A DNA stretch of 64,000 nt from the human T2T-CHM13v2.0 reference genome, Homo sapiens: the NCBI RefSeq assembly GCF_009914755.1, contig NC_060944.1. The stretch is one strand, 5' to 3'. A model generated the notes under the pieces. That model saw nothing but the letters and a program-made list of their open reading frames with translations, was not told the origin of the DNA and made no database searches. Below, piece after piece: positions 1-15,380 of the stretch. The translations under genes were made by a program, and so were the position numbers. Every line of letters starts with the position of its first letter. The first letter of the stretch is position 1.

Positions 1-69
1 ACTCAGTACATGAACTTCTCCCTGGGTGAGGTGAAGAAGTATCCTGGCAGTGAGGCTAACAGCCAGCCC

Positions 70-290
70 AATTCTGAAGCCAGACTACCTCAGTTTGCAG
101 ACGGGTTGTTCTCTAATGAGCCATGAACAGGTCATTTAACTTGGTTTCCGCATCTGTAAATGGGGATCATAATAGCACCTACCTCAGCAGGTTGTTTATA
201 GGGATGATATGATTTAACATGTGTAAAGTTCTGGCAGTAGTGCCAGGCATATAGTAAACTCTCAATCAATATTAATTATTGTGGTTATCA
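70..290 (+). mobile_element. MIR SINE
   Basis: MIR core: catctgtaaatggggatcataatagcacctacctc...gtgccaggcatatagtaaactctcaat. Confidence 0.8.
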
Positions 291-986
291 TTGTTCTGAG
301 TAAAAGGCTATACTCCAAACCAAGGGAAAACCTCTCATTTGTTTGTGATGAACGGTGAGAAACCTAAGAACTACAGGAACACTGGATGAAACGTTACCTC
401 CTGCCATATAATTACTTTGCTAATCTCCTCCCTTAGTCTAGCACAATGTGGAACCATGAGAGACATTCAAGTTACTTTCATCCTCTAAGTGCGCCCAAGC
501 TAGAAGTCCAGTAGTTTTCCTGTTGCTGCCAACATCTTTGATCAAAAGAGACCTCATTGAAGAGATGCAGCTGATCAAGAAAAATTCCCTCCAGGCTTTG
601 GTGTCTGGCAGATGTGCTGTGTCATGAGAGTGCATCTGTCAGAGCTGGCTCTGTCCCTATGAAGAATTGACAGGGCCATGCAAACAACCCCGAAATCTGG
701 CAAAAATGAACCTGCTAACTTAGGGAAGAAAACACGAATGGAGGTGGATCGATGTGCACCCACTGCCTTTATTCCTAGTCAGGTACCAAAGAGTAAATGT
801 TGCAGCATGTACCATAGGACAGTGACAGTCACAGTTGACATTTGTATAGAAGCCTGACAAAACAGGGACACAGGAGCATGGAAACAGCTACCCCTACCCC
901 TCAGCTTAAGGATTTAAAGTTTCGAGATTTATCATTAATTTTATCCCCTTACTCATGTTCCCTGTCTTGGGGTTTTCTTTTTACTA

Positions 987-1324
<338 letters not shown>

Positions 1325-3031
1325 TTATAAAAGCATAATATGGAGCAGGAGACAGAAACACCGCCTCCTGCCTTGCTCTGTAACATTCTTTCTGCCGCCC
1401 ATCCTATTGAAAAACTCAACATCCCCAAAGGAGCCACATTCTCCGAGAGAAGCAGTGGACTAAGGAAAAACAGAAATTTAGATTCTGGCAAATCAGTAAC
1501 TAGAAGAAATTGCTGGGAGAGACAGTGGTATGTCTTTATAATCCTTGTAGGTCATTCCTGATGTGCTCAACCTTAGATGATAATGGCAGAAGTCCAATTT
1601 TTCTCTTACTGTACTTGATTTTAAATGCCAGGGTGAGGGTCTTGCTTCATATAAGCTTCATTATAATTAAAGTCTTAATCATTTAAATTATTATGAAAAT
1701 CACACTTCAGAAAAAAAGAAGAGAGAGGAGAGGGAGTGCATGTGAGTGAGTGGGTCAGTTGGGCTAGTGGCGCATGTCCTGGTGCATGTGGGTTACCTGT
1801 ACAGCACTACACAGCCTAATTGCAGGAGTGACCTTCAAAGGCCCTTGGCTGCAGGGCTCCCACAGGACCAGCATCTTGTGACATTTTGCTCTGTGTACAA
1901 AATCCCACAGGCGCTCATCTCTTATCTCTGCATATGCCAGTGATCACAGCCACAGAAACCAGAGGACAGAGTATAAAAGGATAGTACTTTGTCTCCTACC
2001 ATTTTATCTTATTGTCCCTCTAGAATTTATATTTTGTACCAGACATATTGTAACAATAAAGTCAGTTCTAAGAATAGGAAAAAAAATAACACTATGATAC
2101 CACAACCTTATTACATCAAACTGCTTTGGGCTTTATCCTCTTTAAAGTGTGCTCAGGTGTTCAGCCACGAGGTTTCTGACAGCCCTCATAAGACCTCCAA
2201 GGTGTGGTGTGCTGATTCTGGCTTCCAGTCTTTGGGATCCTTCAGAGCTTAGAGTCTGTTTGGGAGACAGCATCCCCTCCATCCCTTCTGGGGAAAGATT
2301 TAGAAGCCCCTGGCAATCACTTTGTACCAAGCACATTTCAAGCCCTGTGAATCTCGATTATTTAGGATTTGGATTCTGGCAAATCAGTAACTGGAGTACC
2401 CTCTCAACACAGCACATAATCATATATGGTCTATTCCAAACCAAGACCTTTCTCCCCAAACGTGGTGTTCTCCTTTTAGAAACCAAGCCAGTGCTTTTCA
2501 CATGGTGAAAATACATTTCAAATGTGTGACAGGCTGTGAGGAAAGGCTTTCCTGGGCAGACTAAATGTATAACACTTGGGACAGAGTATCTTTTCCCAAA
2601 TGGGAAACAAGATGATTTGGGTCAACCTGTGCTGAGACTGTGTTGGTGATGCAGGGATGTTGGGTGTCATAGATGGCTTTGTGAGCTGGGAATCTGAAGA
2701 AGCATGTTCTAATCGAGTTTCTGGCAGTCCTCTCCCTGTTGAACAATGAAATTGTGAGACCAAATGTTGACCACGCGGCACTTCTTTGTTAAAGCTGTCA
2801 GCACTCACTGACGGGATAAAATGGCACCAGCTGCACATGGTCAGAGTCTGTGAGGCCAAAACAAAGCCACTGTTCTAGAATGAGCCAATTAACCACACCG
2901 TTTGGCTGAAAGTGGCTTCTGCCTGACATCTCTGAGGTAGATGCAAAGTCCCAGTTGTCCAGAGTTGAACCAGTGGTAAAAATGTTAGGCCCCAGTGGTT
3001 CTGAGCGGTGCAAATTGTTCTAAGGTGCAGA

Positions 3032-3390
3032 GTGTCAGTCCAAGTCCTGCCAGGAGCAGATGCTAAGATGGGATTTATTTGGGGGAATGCAAGGAGTTTA
3101 TTAAAGGAAATGCCTGTGTGAGAGGAAAGAAAGAGGGTGCTGGAGTTGACTGGGAGAGCCATCAGCCCCAGCTCAAGCGCAAGGAGACAGGGAAGGCAGC
3201 TTGTGAGGTGTGCAGTGTAGGGAAGTTTTAGCAAAGCATCCAGATGCCCTTGAGGCAAATTAGGCCAAGAACAGCCCTGTCTTAGTATCCCTGCTGTGAT
3301 CAGTCCTTGACTGGGAGCTGCCTGTCAGGGGCTCCGGCCTTGGAGCAAATGCAGTGATGGATTCCAGAGGGTGATTCGTCTTGCACTTTT
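3032..3390 (-). mobile_element. Old ERVL-class LTR fragment
   Basis: gagcagatgctaagatgggatttatttggggg motif typical of LTR16/33/41-type LTRs; subfamily uncertain. Confidence 0.5.
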
Positions 3391-3889
3391 CAGCTCCATG
3401 ATCAAGGCTCCACATCTCAAAACTCCAGGCGGCACAGTTTATTATCAGTGATGCCCCCAGTGATGTGCCTTGCATGGGCTGCACAGCTCCACACGATGGT
3501 CCTGCTTAGGGTCACTTGCTCCCCACCATGGTGACTGCTCAGGCAGACCCACCAGTCAGCACCATCAGCTACTTTCCAGGTCCCCCATTCAGGGAATGTG
3601 GGAACATGAAGAGATTCTCGGAGCCAGGCCTAATGATGCTGAGACGCCAGCTTCTCTGAGCCTATTGGCAGCTGGGGAGGGGTCACTCTCCTAGCACACA
3701 TGTTCCAAATCCCAAATGAGAAGTGGGCACAAAGCCCCTTCTCAGTTTTTGACTTCACCCCACCTTGCCCCACTTATCTACAAACCTCCTTCCTCTGGGT
3801 CTTTGGCCTTTTCCCCACATTAGAGAGGACACACCGTGAGGTAGACTTTCCATTTGCTTTTCCTTTCTGAATAGAGCTGCTTCTACATT

Positions 3890-4055
3890 GGTGGTTCTCA
3901 GCTTTGATTGTAAATGGAAATTACCTGGGAGTGTTCAAAATTCCACTTAGGCCATACTCCCGACCAATTAAGTCTGACATTTTTGGGAAGGGAAGCAGTC
4001 ATCAGCATTTTAAAAATCTCCCTGAGTGACTCCAATGTGTAGCCAAGATGGATAA
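3890..4055. mobile_element. MER5B-like hAT-Charlie DNA transposon
   Basis: gtggttctca...attacctgggag...cagcattttaaaaatctccctgagtgactccaatgtgtagccaag. Confidence 0.7.
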
Positions 4056-4443
4056 ATCCTTCTCTACAGTCCTCTTCTTTCTCAGGATGACATTGGCCTT
4101 TCCCGCTTCTCAATGACTACAATGGTAATCTGTTGCTTAGGAAATGTGATGTGTAGTGTAGAAGAATGAAGCCGAAGCAGAATAATATTTCTAATATATT
4201 ATCTGATTACAGTTTTTATCATACAAATGCTTAGTTTTAACATTTAGGATAAGTTATTTTGGTTTACTATGGTTATAGAGCAGAATGTCAATGTTACCAT
4301 TCCTGACCATGGGAGAGCACGTGTGACAGAAGGCAGGAAGTGTAACAAGAGAAGGAAAGCTAGAGGGAAAGTGTGGAGAACTTGTACCCTCTAGGAGCAT
4401 TAATTAAAGATTTACAGATAACCAATAGAAGAGCTAGAAAGTT

Positions 4444-4730
<287 letters not shown>

Positions 4731-5749
4731 GAGAGCTAGAAAGTTACGTTAGTTATCAAAATCTAGGAAGAGAAGAGGGTGGCATAAGTAATATATATCA
4801 CCATTGGTTATTGCAAGAGTCAACAGCTACAACCTAAGGCAGATTGAACAAAAATAGCAACCCAATTCCATGTGGTGTAAATGTAAGATGATGAAGAACC
4901 TAAAATAGAAATTGTAAAGACTTGACTCGTAGGGGTGGACCTGGGATAGGGAAGATGTCTGTACTTTACCTTGTACCTGTATCTAAAAAAAATAACAAAT
5001 TAAAAAATAGATTTGAGATTCTATACCTCAGTGCATATCAAGGGGTAGTTTGGGAGAACACCTCCAGTCAAGGCCATGTTTTCTACAACAACTGCTGCAT
5101 ATGAGAATGCTGCACCCTGAACCCTTGCCTGCAGCACTGTTAAATGCCCAGGTGACAGTGCTCTGACTCTCCATGGCCACGTTCTTCCATTTTAGTAAGT
5201 AAATGGCCTACCACAGTGTTGCTATATTTATTGTCTTTTAAATGTTGTATCATACCCAGGAGAGAGACAGAGAAAGTAACATTCATGGAGAATACACAGA
5301 GTGACATTGCAATTTACCACCTCGCAGATTCCTCTGACCATAGCTGTAAGTAATGGCATCCTATTACTGCCAGAAGGTTTAGCAGATGGTTTTGGTCTAT
5401 GTGCCAGGTGCCTTTAGGTGTTCTGAGAATATCTGTTGAGATAGGCCCTGTGTAAATGGAGCACTGTATTGAATAGAGGAACTGTGATGTCCCATCCTGG
5501 CTATATCTACCATCAACTGGTTCCACATTTTTAACTGCGACATTTAACTTCTGTAGGATCGGCAAAATGAAGGGATCCACTGACTCAAATTAACATCCAG
5601 CCTTAACACTTTGCACATCAAGGGTTTCTTTTAGAATAGAAAGTGTCAGTGTTGGACTCTAGTCTTTGCTAAATTTTTTCCTATCACCTCTATTCAGCTT
5701 TAAAATATAGGTCTGCCTGTTATGCAAGTGAGCAACATGCCTTGTCTTC

Positions 5750-5935
5750 AAATAGACTAGGTGAAAATTCCAGTTCTATCACTTTTTGGCTGGATGAACT
5801 TGGACATGTTACTTAACTTCTTCAAGCCTCAGCTTCTCACCTACAAAGTTGGGATTGGGTGTTTACTATTGTTATGAGGATTTGAAGCTGCAGTGTATAT
5901 TCTCCGGTTCTAAAAGATTCTCGATAAATAGCAAC
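5750..5935 (+). mobile_element. MIR fragment
   Basis: gaacttggacatgttacttaacttcttcaagcctcagcttctcacctacaaagttggga. Confidence 0.65.
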
Positions 5936-7814
5936 TTTTGTTACACTAAGGAAGAAGTTAGAAGAATACCATGCTCCCAAGATTGGAAGACCCAAGATCA
6001 TAAATCCACAGGGAAAAGTCCTATGTGGATTTGCAGATTACTAGGTCAGATTTTTCCCATTTCTCTCATTTGTAAAGCAACCAGCCTTCTGTTCCACTAC
6101 AGAGTCTGTGTGCTAGGGAAGACTCTGATCACCATCTGGGTTCAACAGAAGCCAAGAAAAATAACAGGACAGCAAATTAAATATCCACGGGCCATGTCCC
6201 CTTCCTGTCCCTGGCTCCCCAGCCTAAGCATCTGCTGTGGTTTCAATACACCTGACCTTCCTTCCATGCATGTCCTTTGGTGAGGGTTCCTGTCAGGGCA
6301 AGTATTCCTTTGGCCAAGTAAAGACCCCGCTCTCACCTCCCAAGGTAACTGATTTTCATCCTTTGAAGTTCCTTGACTTGTGCACCTTCTCTCTGGGTTG
6401 GGGTTAGAGCTCTCTTATAATCCATTAAATCAAGTCCTATATTCTCATCTTCTATCTATAGGAAAATGAGAGGGAGGCAGAAGAGTCAAGAAAGGAAGGC
6501 TATATCCTAATGGCAAGTTTATTTTGCTGTTGGACATCACTTACTCTTCAGTTTCCTCTTTTTTTTAATAGAAGCAATATTTATTCAGTCCTGCAAAAGA
6601 GACTTTATTATTTTAGCCTTGTGACTGTATATTGTTTGCCCTTAAAGACTAAGAAGGAATCACCTGTTTATATGTATAGAAACCTGGTCATTTGTTTTTA
6701 ATTTAACAATATTGTTATAAAGTAACTTACTGTTGATTTAATTATTAAAACTAAGCAGACAATTTAAATGTAATTTAAATACCATGTGTTAAGTATACAC
6801 CAAACTGAAACACTACAGCACTCTTCCCAGAAGTAACATCCTGAGTAGTGTAATTTTTTTTTCTATTTTTTCCATCTCTGTAGAAAATAAAACAGCACTG
6901 ATCTGGGGAATTGGAGGTCCCCACCCAATTGTCGTTATTAAACTATCTCACCTAGTCCTGATTCAGAGGCTGCAGCTCTGTTTATCCACTTTAAACAAAA
7001 GGAGCTATCTGTTGAATAGGCTCTCTTACAGAATTTCCCTGGATATGTCAAATGTTTATTTTTCCATGTAAATTTTATAATTGGTTTGTCTTGTTCTACC
7101 AAAAAAAGAAATCACAATGGATATTTTATTGGGATTAATTAAGTTAAATTTAGGCCATCCTTACAATGAGTCTTTCTTCCCAAAGTAGCCTTTGTGATTA
7201 ATCTTTTATAGAATTTACATTTTTCATTTATATAAACTTTTAATATTTTTGTTGCGTTTACTGTTGACTAAACTTTTTTGTTATTTTTCCTATTGTATAG
7301 TTAGCTTTTGGTAATTTAATAACATTATCGAAGCTGAGTGCCAGAACTATTGTGGTTATTCACTGCTATTTTTAACTTTTCTTTGGAGAATTGTATGTTA
7401 ATATTCTTTGTATTTCTAGCAGTTATTCATCTTTGTTCTTATTGATTTATAAGAGTATTTTTAAATATATTATGACTTTTTTATCTTTGGTTTGGAGGTG
7501 TGAGGGTGTGAGGGAACTTATAGATTATCCTGTCCTGCCCATTTTTCCTACTAATTAAGAAACTGAAGTGAGATGACTTTTCCATTGTCACACAGAAACT
7601 TAGTCCTGATTATCCAATCAGGACTAAAAATAGGTCTTTTGGGTCCTTATTTTGAGGTTTTTCTCTCAAGTACTTGCCTCCTTGTCTACAGTTTTATCTT
7701 TTTCCTCTTAAATTGACACTATCAGGTTACTTGATTTGATTAGAAGTAACAAGTTGGTTTTCTACCTCTACAAATGAATCACCAAGAACTGATTCATTTC
7801 TTGGAAGTTATTGA

Positions 7815-8945
<1,131 letters not shown>

Positions 8946-11189
8946 CCATACTTACTAGCAATCATTTTTGGTGGTGTTGTGAAGGATATTTTGAGGCATC
9001 ATGTGGTCTTTGCAGAACTGGTTGAATTTCTAGAACTAAGATGATACTGCTCACTTACTGATTTATTTGCTTTAGAATGAAATTCAAATTCCTGGCCTTG
9101 TCAGTTTCCCTCCTTTCTCTCCCTCCTTCTCCACTCTCCAATCACAATGGTCTCTTTTCACCTCCTTGAATAAGCCAAGCCTTTGAGCCATTTTGCTGGA
9201 GGTGCCCCCTAAGGAGAAACATCTGTTTCTGCATCTTCACATAGTTGACTCCTCAGAGTACATATATCAACAGCAAATAACTTACCTATCACTTCTACCA
9301 CATATTGCCAGAGGCTCACATTTCATGACACATAGTGGGTACTTACAAAATATTTGGAGAATGAATAAATGTCATTAGCCTAGCTTCTAAAGATCATGAG
9401 ATGCATGCCCCCATGACAGCACCAGCCACATGGTGCTGAAATGATATATTTGTGAGTCTGTCTCCCACAGAGTCTGGGAGAACCTCTGAGACAGATATAA
9501 TGTTTAATTCATAGTCACTGCCCCACCGTCTCCTACACCTAGTGGCATCTAGTGGTATTCCATAGATGTTTGCTGAACTAACATGAAGCTACAGAAAGGC
9601 CTTTAGCCCTCTTCATCAAATTCATTTCACTTGAGAGATGGGGAATATGGAGCACAGAAGGTAAAATATTAAAAAATGAATATTATGAGATGGCTCAGGA
9701 AGGCCTTATGAGGAAGAGGACAACGCAGAGCAAAGGTGTAGAGAAATTAAGTGCCTAGAATTAGCTCCCATAGGGAGAAGAAATGCAGCAGTGAGATCAT
9801 CGGTTTAGGTACTCATTTCAGAACAATGCCAACCTTCTGGTGCTAGAAATTTACAAGGCCTTTTTTTTTCAAGGCTAAAAAATGATGTTACTGATGTGCT
9901 ATATGTAATGGTTCCTGTGAGTAAGTCATCCTTTTGACTACCAAAGCATACTCTTTATAGTAGCTGTTTCAATGTTCCCCATTCTCTCTCTCTCTTTTTT
10001 GCTTTTCTTCTCCAAACCCCTTTTCCTTGCAGATGGTCTTATCTCCTACTTTGCTGAGAAAATCAAGGTCATTAAAGGGGAAATCTCCTAACCTTCCATC
10101 TTCCCCACCAAAATTATCTTTAACCGGATATATGTCCCCTCCTCATCCTCTTCTGTCTTGGCATCATAGCCTTCCAATATTGACCCTAATATTACATCTG
10201 GATTCCTTTCTTTTTTTCTTTAATCATCTGACATACTGTATCCTCAATTATTTCCAGTTTTCCAGCATTATACAAATCTTTTTTTTCCACTGATTCCTTC
10301 TCTTGGACCTTCAAACATACACAAGTCTTTCTTGTCTTGCAAGGAAATAATTGTTGCCCCCCTTCAAGCCACCATATTTTCCTTTGTGGCTAGGTGTCTT
10401 ATATGCCTTCATGACTTAACTCTCTCTATTCTTTCACCATATAGTCCTTCACTATCATGGAATCCTCATGTTTCAGGTCTCAGCTCTGTTAACATGAGAC
10501 ATCCCAGAGGCTTCTCTTCTTTTATTTAAAAAGTCTTCTTTAAGAGTTTTTCTACTCTCCCCAGTAAAACAATAAATCTATTTCCAGGATCACTGAGCAC
10601 ATTCTGAGGGCCAGACACTGTTTGGGCATCATTCATCAAACATTTGAATGAGTCATAGAAATAGGACACTGGACTAGATGGATAAACATTGAGGCAAACA
10701 TAAATATGTTTTTCCAGGGGTACAAAGAGAACCAAAATTTGAAAAACTTTAAAAAGAACAAACCAACTTAGAATAAAAGGTATAAAATGGTACCATACAT
10801 ATGTACACATTTTTTTATATACTGTAGAGGGTGGTAGATGGACAACTAGCCGGGTTTGCATCTGAGGAGCCACACTGGTGGAAATAAGGGCCATGCTGGG
10901 ACCTGCAGTGTGAGTAGGGTTAGCTACCTTAGGATGGGGGTGGGTTGGATGTTGCAAGGAAAAGGAGGAGTACAGTCAAGCATTATAGGAAAAAATGTGG
11001 TACAGTGTGGCGCTTGCCATCATGCACCCACATTCACTGGAGACTTTCCTTGCTTGCTTCATATTCCATGGGAGTTCTGAGTTGGAGGGAGGTGTGTGAG
11101 GGACTACTCCACACAGTTATTCAGGAACCCAGGATTATTCCTTCTTGTGCATCTTGTAACTCTGTATTGTTTAGGGCTTCAGTAACCAC

Positions 11190-11362
11190 AATGTGGTTCC
11201 TGGCCCAGCAGCAACAGCATCACCTGGTAATTTGTTAGAAATGCAGATTCTTAGGCCCACCACAAACTGGCTGAATGACAGGCTGTGAGAGGATCCAGAA
11301 ACAAATGTTCTACCAAACTGTCCAGGTGGTTCTAATGCTCAGTCACATTTAACAACTCCTGC
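11190..11362. mobile_element. MER5A inserted in an old MaLR (MLT1) LTR (~10980-11550)
   Basis: cagcatcacctggtaatttgttagaaatgcagattcttaggccc is MER5A; the flanks carry MLT1K/L-like motifs. Confidence 0.7.
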
Positions 11363-11559
11363 CCAAGGCCCGGCAGAGGAGGGTAGGGCACATAGAGATC
11401 ACACAGGAGAGTTTTCAGGTGTCAGCCCCAGCAGTAGCACATGTTGCTTCTGTCCACAGTTGTTGGTTGCTGCTCAGTCCTGAAGCCCTGACTGACTATC
11501 CAAGAAGCTGAGAAATAGCCCAGCTCTGTGCCCAGGAAGAAAGGGCTCACCTCCCAACT

Positions 11560-12125
11560 GTTCTTCCCACTGCCAGTCTGTTCCCCTTAAATTCATTCAC
11601 CTCAGCTAATCATGCAAATCTGTGATGACCCTGGCTGACTGAAACTTCCACGGGTCCCATGGCCTTCTGAATGACATTTCTTAGTCCCACAAAGGCTGGT
11701 TCCTGTTGCCTCTCTGGCTTCATGGTTTGCCATCCCACCCTGACCCTGAACTCTAAACTCCAGCCGTCTTAAACTATTACAAAAACACCTGGCTGATCTT
11801 TACCCAGCCCTGTGCCTTCTGCTCTGGGCTTTTGCACCTTCTGCTCTTCCCATGGTCCTTTGCTCCTGGCCATTCCCATTCATCCTTCAGGGCTCAGCCG
11901 GATGTAACTTTGTCTGGAAATATCTCCCTGAAGCCACTCTCTACCTCCCCTCCACCCAAGACAGGGTTAGATGGTCTCTACTAATTCAGAATAATCCTTA
12001 ATTACTTTGGCTTGTAATCACATCAGTCTGTGGAAGGAAGACTGTTTCTTATATATAGTTGCTTCTTTGTTGCCTGTAAAGAGCTTGGCACATGGTAGAT
12101 GCTCAGCGAATGTCTGCTACGTAAC
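11560..12125 (+). mobile_element. L2 fragment
   Basis: cattcatccttcagggctcagc...ggcacatggtagatgctcagcgaatg 3' end. Confidence 0.6.
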
Positions 12126-13159
12126 GAAAGCAAAGTGGCCTACTAGATGTTTAGTGGGTGCTTATCGATGAGGACATTGATTGTCTATCTCATACTTTGG
12201 CTAAAATTTATTATTGACGAATTCACTCTTCCTTAATTAGGTACTGCATCTTCATTGCAGCCAAGAACTTCACCACTGACTAAAAGCATGCAGCCACGTA
12301 CAAGTGGGATGGGGGGAAGGAAATCCATCCCCATGGACAGAAAGTTAACTCAAAGCCTCGCTCGGCTCTGGTCACAGTCAGCCCATCTTTTTCACAGACA
12401 AAAATCTGCATGTCTTCATCTTACATTAATTTACATATGTAATTTACCTAATAGGAAAATAAGGAAGCACAGTGTTTGAAGTGTAATCAAATTACATTGT
12501 TTAGAAAACAGAGAAAAATAAAGCTTCCTGGTGCTGGCGGGTCAACAAAGATCTCTCAGTAGCTTACTCATCCACCAACTGAATCAGTCCCCTGTTCCTG
12601 TCAATGCTTCTGCCATGACTCATTCTGGTGGGCAAATTTTTAATAGAAAATGATAAACTCAGGGATATTCACCTTAAAAATATGACAACACTTCCCAGGG
12701 ACATGAAAATAAGTAGTATTATTCTCCAAAAGTTAAAATAATACCTGTACTCAGAACATGAGTAGCAACCACTGTCTTCCCCTTGCCCACAGCCTCCATG
12801 ACTCATGACCGCATTCTCTCCTGGACATTGCCTCATCAGTGACTGCCATCTCTCCCTCTCTAACTGATTTTTGTGTTGGATCCTCCAATAAGGAGACACC
12901 TAGTTGGAGTTAGGAGAGCACAGGGCTCACTGAGGAATAAGACATGCGGAAGTTGAATGAAGCAGCAGAGTTGTGCAGGGAGAGACAGAGGTGGCATCGC
13001 CTGTCCAGGGTGCGCAGCTAGTAACTGGAAAAGCCAGGATCAAAACCAGGCAAAGCGAGCTCCAGAAACCAGTGGCCTGAACACTGCCTTGTACTGTCTG
13101 TGTCTTCCCCTGCCCAGATGGATAGTGCATTTTATTCATACTGAAATAATAGCTGTTCA

Positions 13160-13360
13160 TAATTGGTTATTATGAGCCTAACACTCCACTAAGTGCTTTA
13201 TTAAATGCATTACCTATCTATGAGGTAGGCGTGGGTTTTCTGACTTTTACCTATTAGGAACCTGAATCGCAATGAGGTTAAATAACATGCCCAGAATCAC
13301 TCGGCCAATAAGTCGGAGAATCAGAATTCACATCTCAAATTTATGTTCTCCACTCTGACT
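13160..13360 (-). mobile_element. MIR
   Basis: gaggttaaataacatgcccagaatcactcggccaataagt. Confidence 0.65.
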
Positions 13361-13561
13361 CCAGGGTCTTTTATACCGCTATTTCTTTTGAGTTATTTCT
13401 ATTCATCTTTGTAGTTACACAATCCAACAAAATATAAGCATTGAATAAGAGTTTCCTGAATTAATAAATGAATGAATGAATGAATAAAGTGCTTTTCCAG
13501 AAATTCTGTCCAGAATTATGGGTATTGTGGTCATTTAGCAAAAAGTAGGTCATTTTAGTAA

Positions 13562-13893
<332 letters not shown>

Positions 13894-14029
13894 TCAGTTT
13901 CTTTTTTAATTTTAGCTATAGCTTTTATGTAATTAATAAAATTTCTAGTTGTGAATACATTAAACATGCATAGTAGAAGAGGTCCAAGAACCTTAACATT
14001 GTTGTTTTGGTGAAAAGCAATCAGTAAGC

Positions 14030-14215
14030 CAATGACTCTCAAGCTTTTACATGTACAAGAATCACTAGGGCAGCTTGTTAAATTGCAGATTACGAGGCTC
14101 TGCCAATCACAGGTTCTTATTCTGTACAGCTGGTAAGATGTCTGGAAGTCTGCATTTTATAATTATCCTGAGTATATCCAATGCAGATGGTTCCTGGACC
14201 ACATCTTGAAAAATT
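14030..14215. mobile_element. MER5A-like
   Basis: gaatcactagggcagcttgttaaattgcagatt...tctgcatttt...gaccacatcttga. Confidence 0.65.
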
Positions 14216-14735
14216 CAGATGGACCAGTGGGGCTGGCAGTTGTCTAATCAGCCTCCATGTCAGACATGAGAAACCTTGAAACACACGTAGCTTTTCAAAA
14301 GGATAAAACAGTGTGATGTCCGTTGTTTCCTATAACGATTTCAGAGCTATATTATAAGACCTGAGACCTGTAGCACAAATGCATGTATGTGCCAACCGAA
14401 TCATACATTGTGCATGAATGCATGTATGTGCCAACTTTGCTTAACTGGATCATGCTGGACAGAGCACTTCATAACTATTTAAAACTTGGTATTGATTTTT
14501 AGAAGAAGAGCTAATGACTCATTTTGTATAATCAATGTGTTTATGGCATCTCAGAAGAGTTTTATTTTTCTACTAATGATATCTTACTGAAATTAAGGTA
14601 CCTTCCACTGTAAGAACAACTCTTCTGTATATGTCACTGAGAAGGAAAATAAAAAGCTCAAAGTGGAGAGTTTAATATAAGACAACAAAGAGCACTACCC
14701 TCAGATGAGACTGAAGAAGATATAAGGATGGTGCC

Positions 14736-15036
14736 ATCCGGGCATGGTGGCTCACGCCTGTAATCTCAGCACTTTGGGAGGCTGAGGCAGGCAGATTACG
14801 AGGTCAGGAGATCGAGACTGTCCTGGCTAACACGGTGAAACCCCGTCTCTACTAAAAATACAAAAAATTAGCCGGGCATGGTGGCGGGCTCCTGTAGTCC
14901 CAGCTACTTGGGAGGCTGAGGCAGGAGAATGGCTGAACCTGGGAGGTGAAGCTTGCAGTGAGCTGAGATCCTGTCACTGCACTCCAGCCTAGGGGACAGA
15001 GCGAGACTCCATCTCAAAAAAAAAAAAAAAAAAAAA
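14736..15036 (+). mobile_element. AluY
   Basis: gagatcgagac..ctggctaacacggtg, gagaatggc and gcttgcagtg diagnostics; TSD gatggtgcc. Confidence 0.95.
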
Positions 15037-15044
15037 GAGATGGT

Positions 15045-15380
15045 GCCTTGGTTTATGGCCCTCTAAAAGCAGATCTATAGGCCAAATCTTGAGGGCAGGT
15101 GGGTTACCTGGGAGGCAATCCGAGGAAGCACATGTGAGGAGGTGGGGAAATGAGACCGAGAATGGAAGGCACCCATTGAAGTATGATCATGAGCAGACTG
15201 TCATTGTTAGCAGTTGGGACTCAATCCCACTGAGGCCTCTGTGAAGCATTCTGTAGAACACACCTCAGAATTGTACAGTCATGGGTAGGGAAGCTGGGCT
15301 GTTACCCAGTGACTCCCTTTCCTTATTGGTTGAAGTTTGTCTGGGGGTGGGGCGAGTAGATCTCCAGCACTTTTAGTGAA
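15045..15380 (-). mobile_element. LTR33-like ERVL LTR
   Basis: aagcagatct...acctgggagg...gggactcaatcccactg...cacacctcagaatt...ccttattggttga. Confidence 0.6.

Noticed and set aside
438-763. Possible exon or antisense ORFs near the window start
   Set aside because: No match to the recalled MACROD2 protein and no coherent splice-site pair.
14378-14435. Repeat-spacer-repeat resembling a CRISPR unit
   Set aside because: Only two repeats, primate DNA and no cas genes; it is a local duplication.
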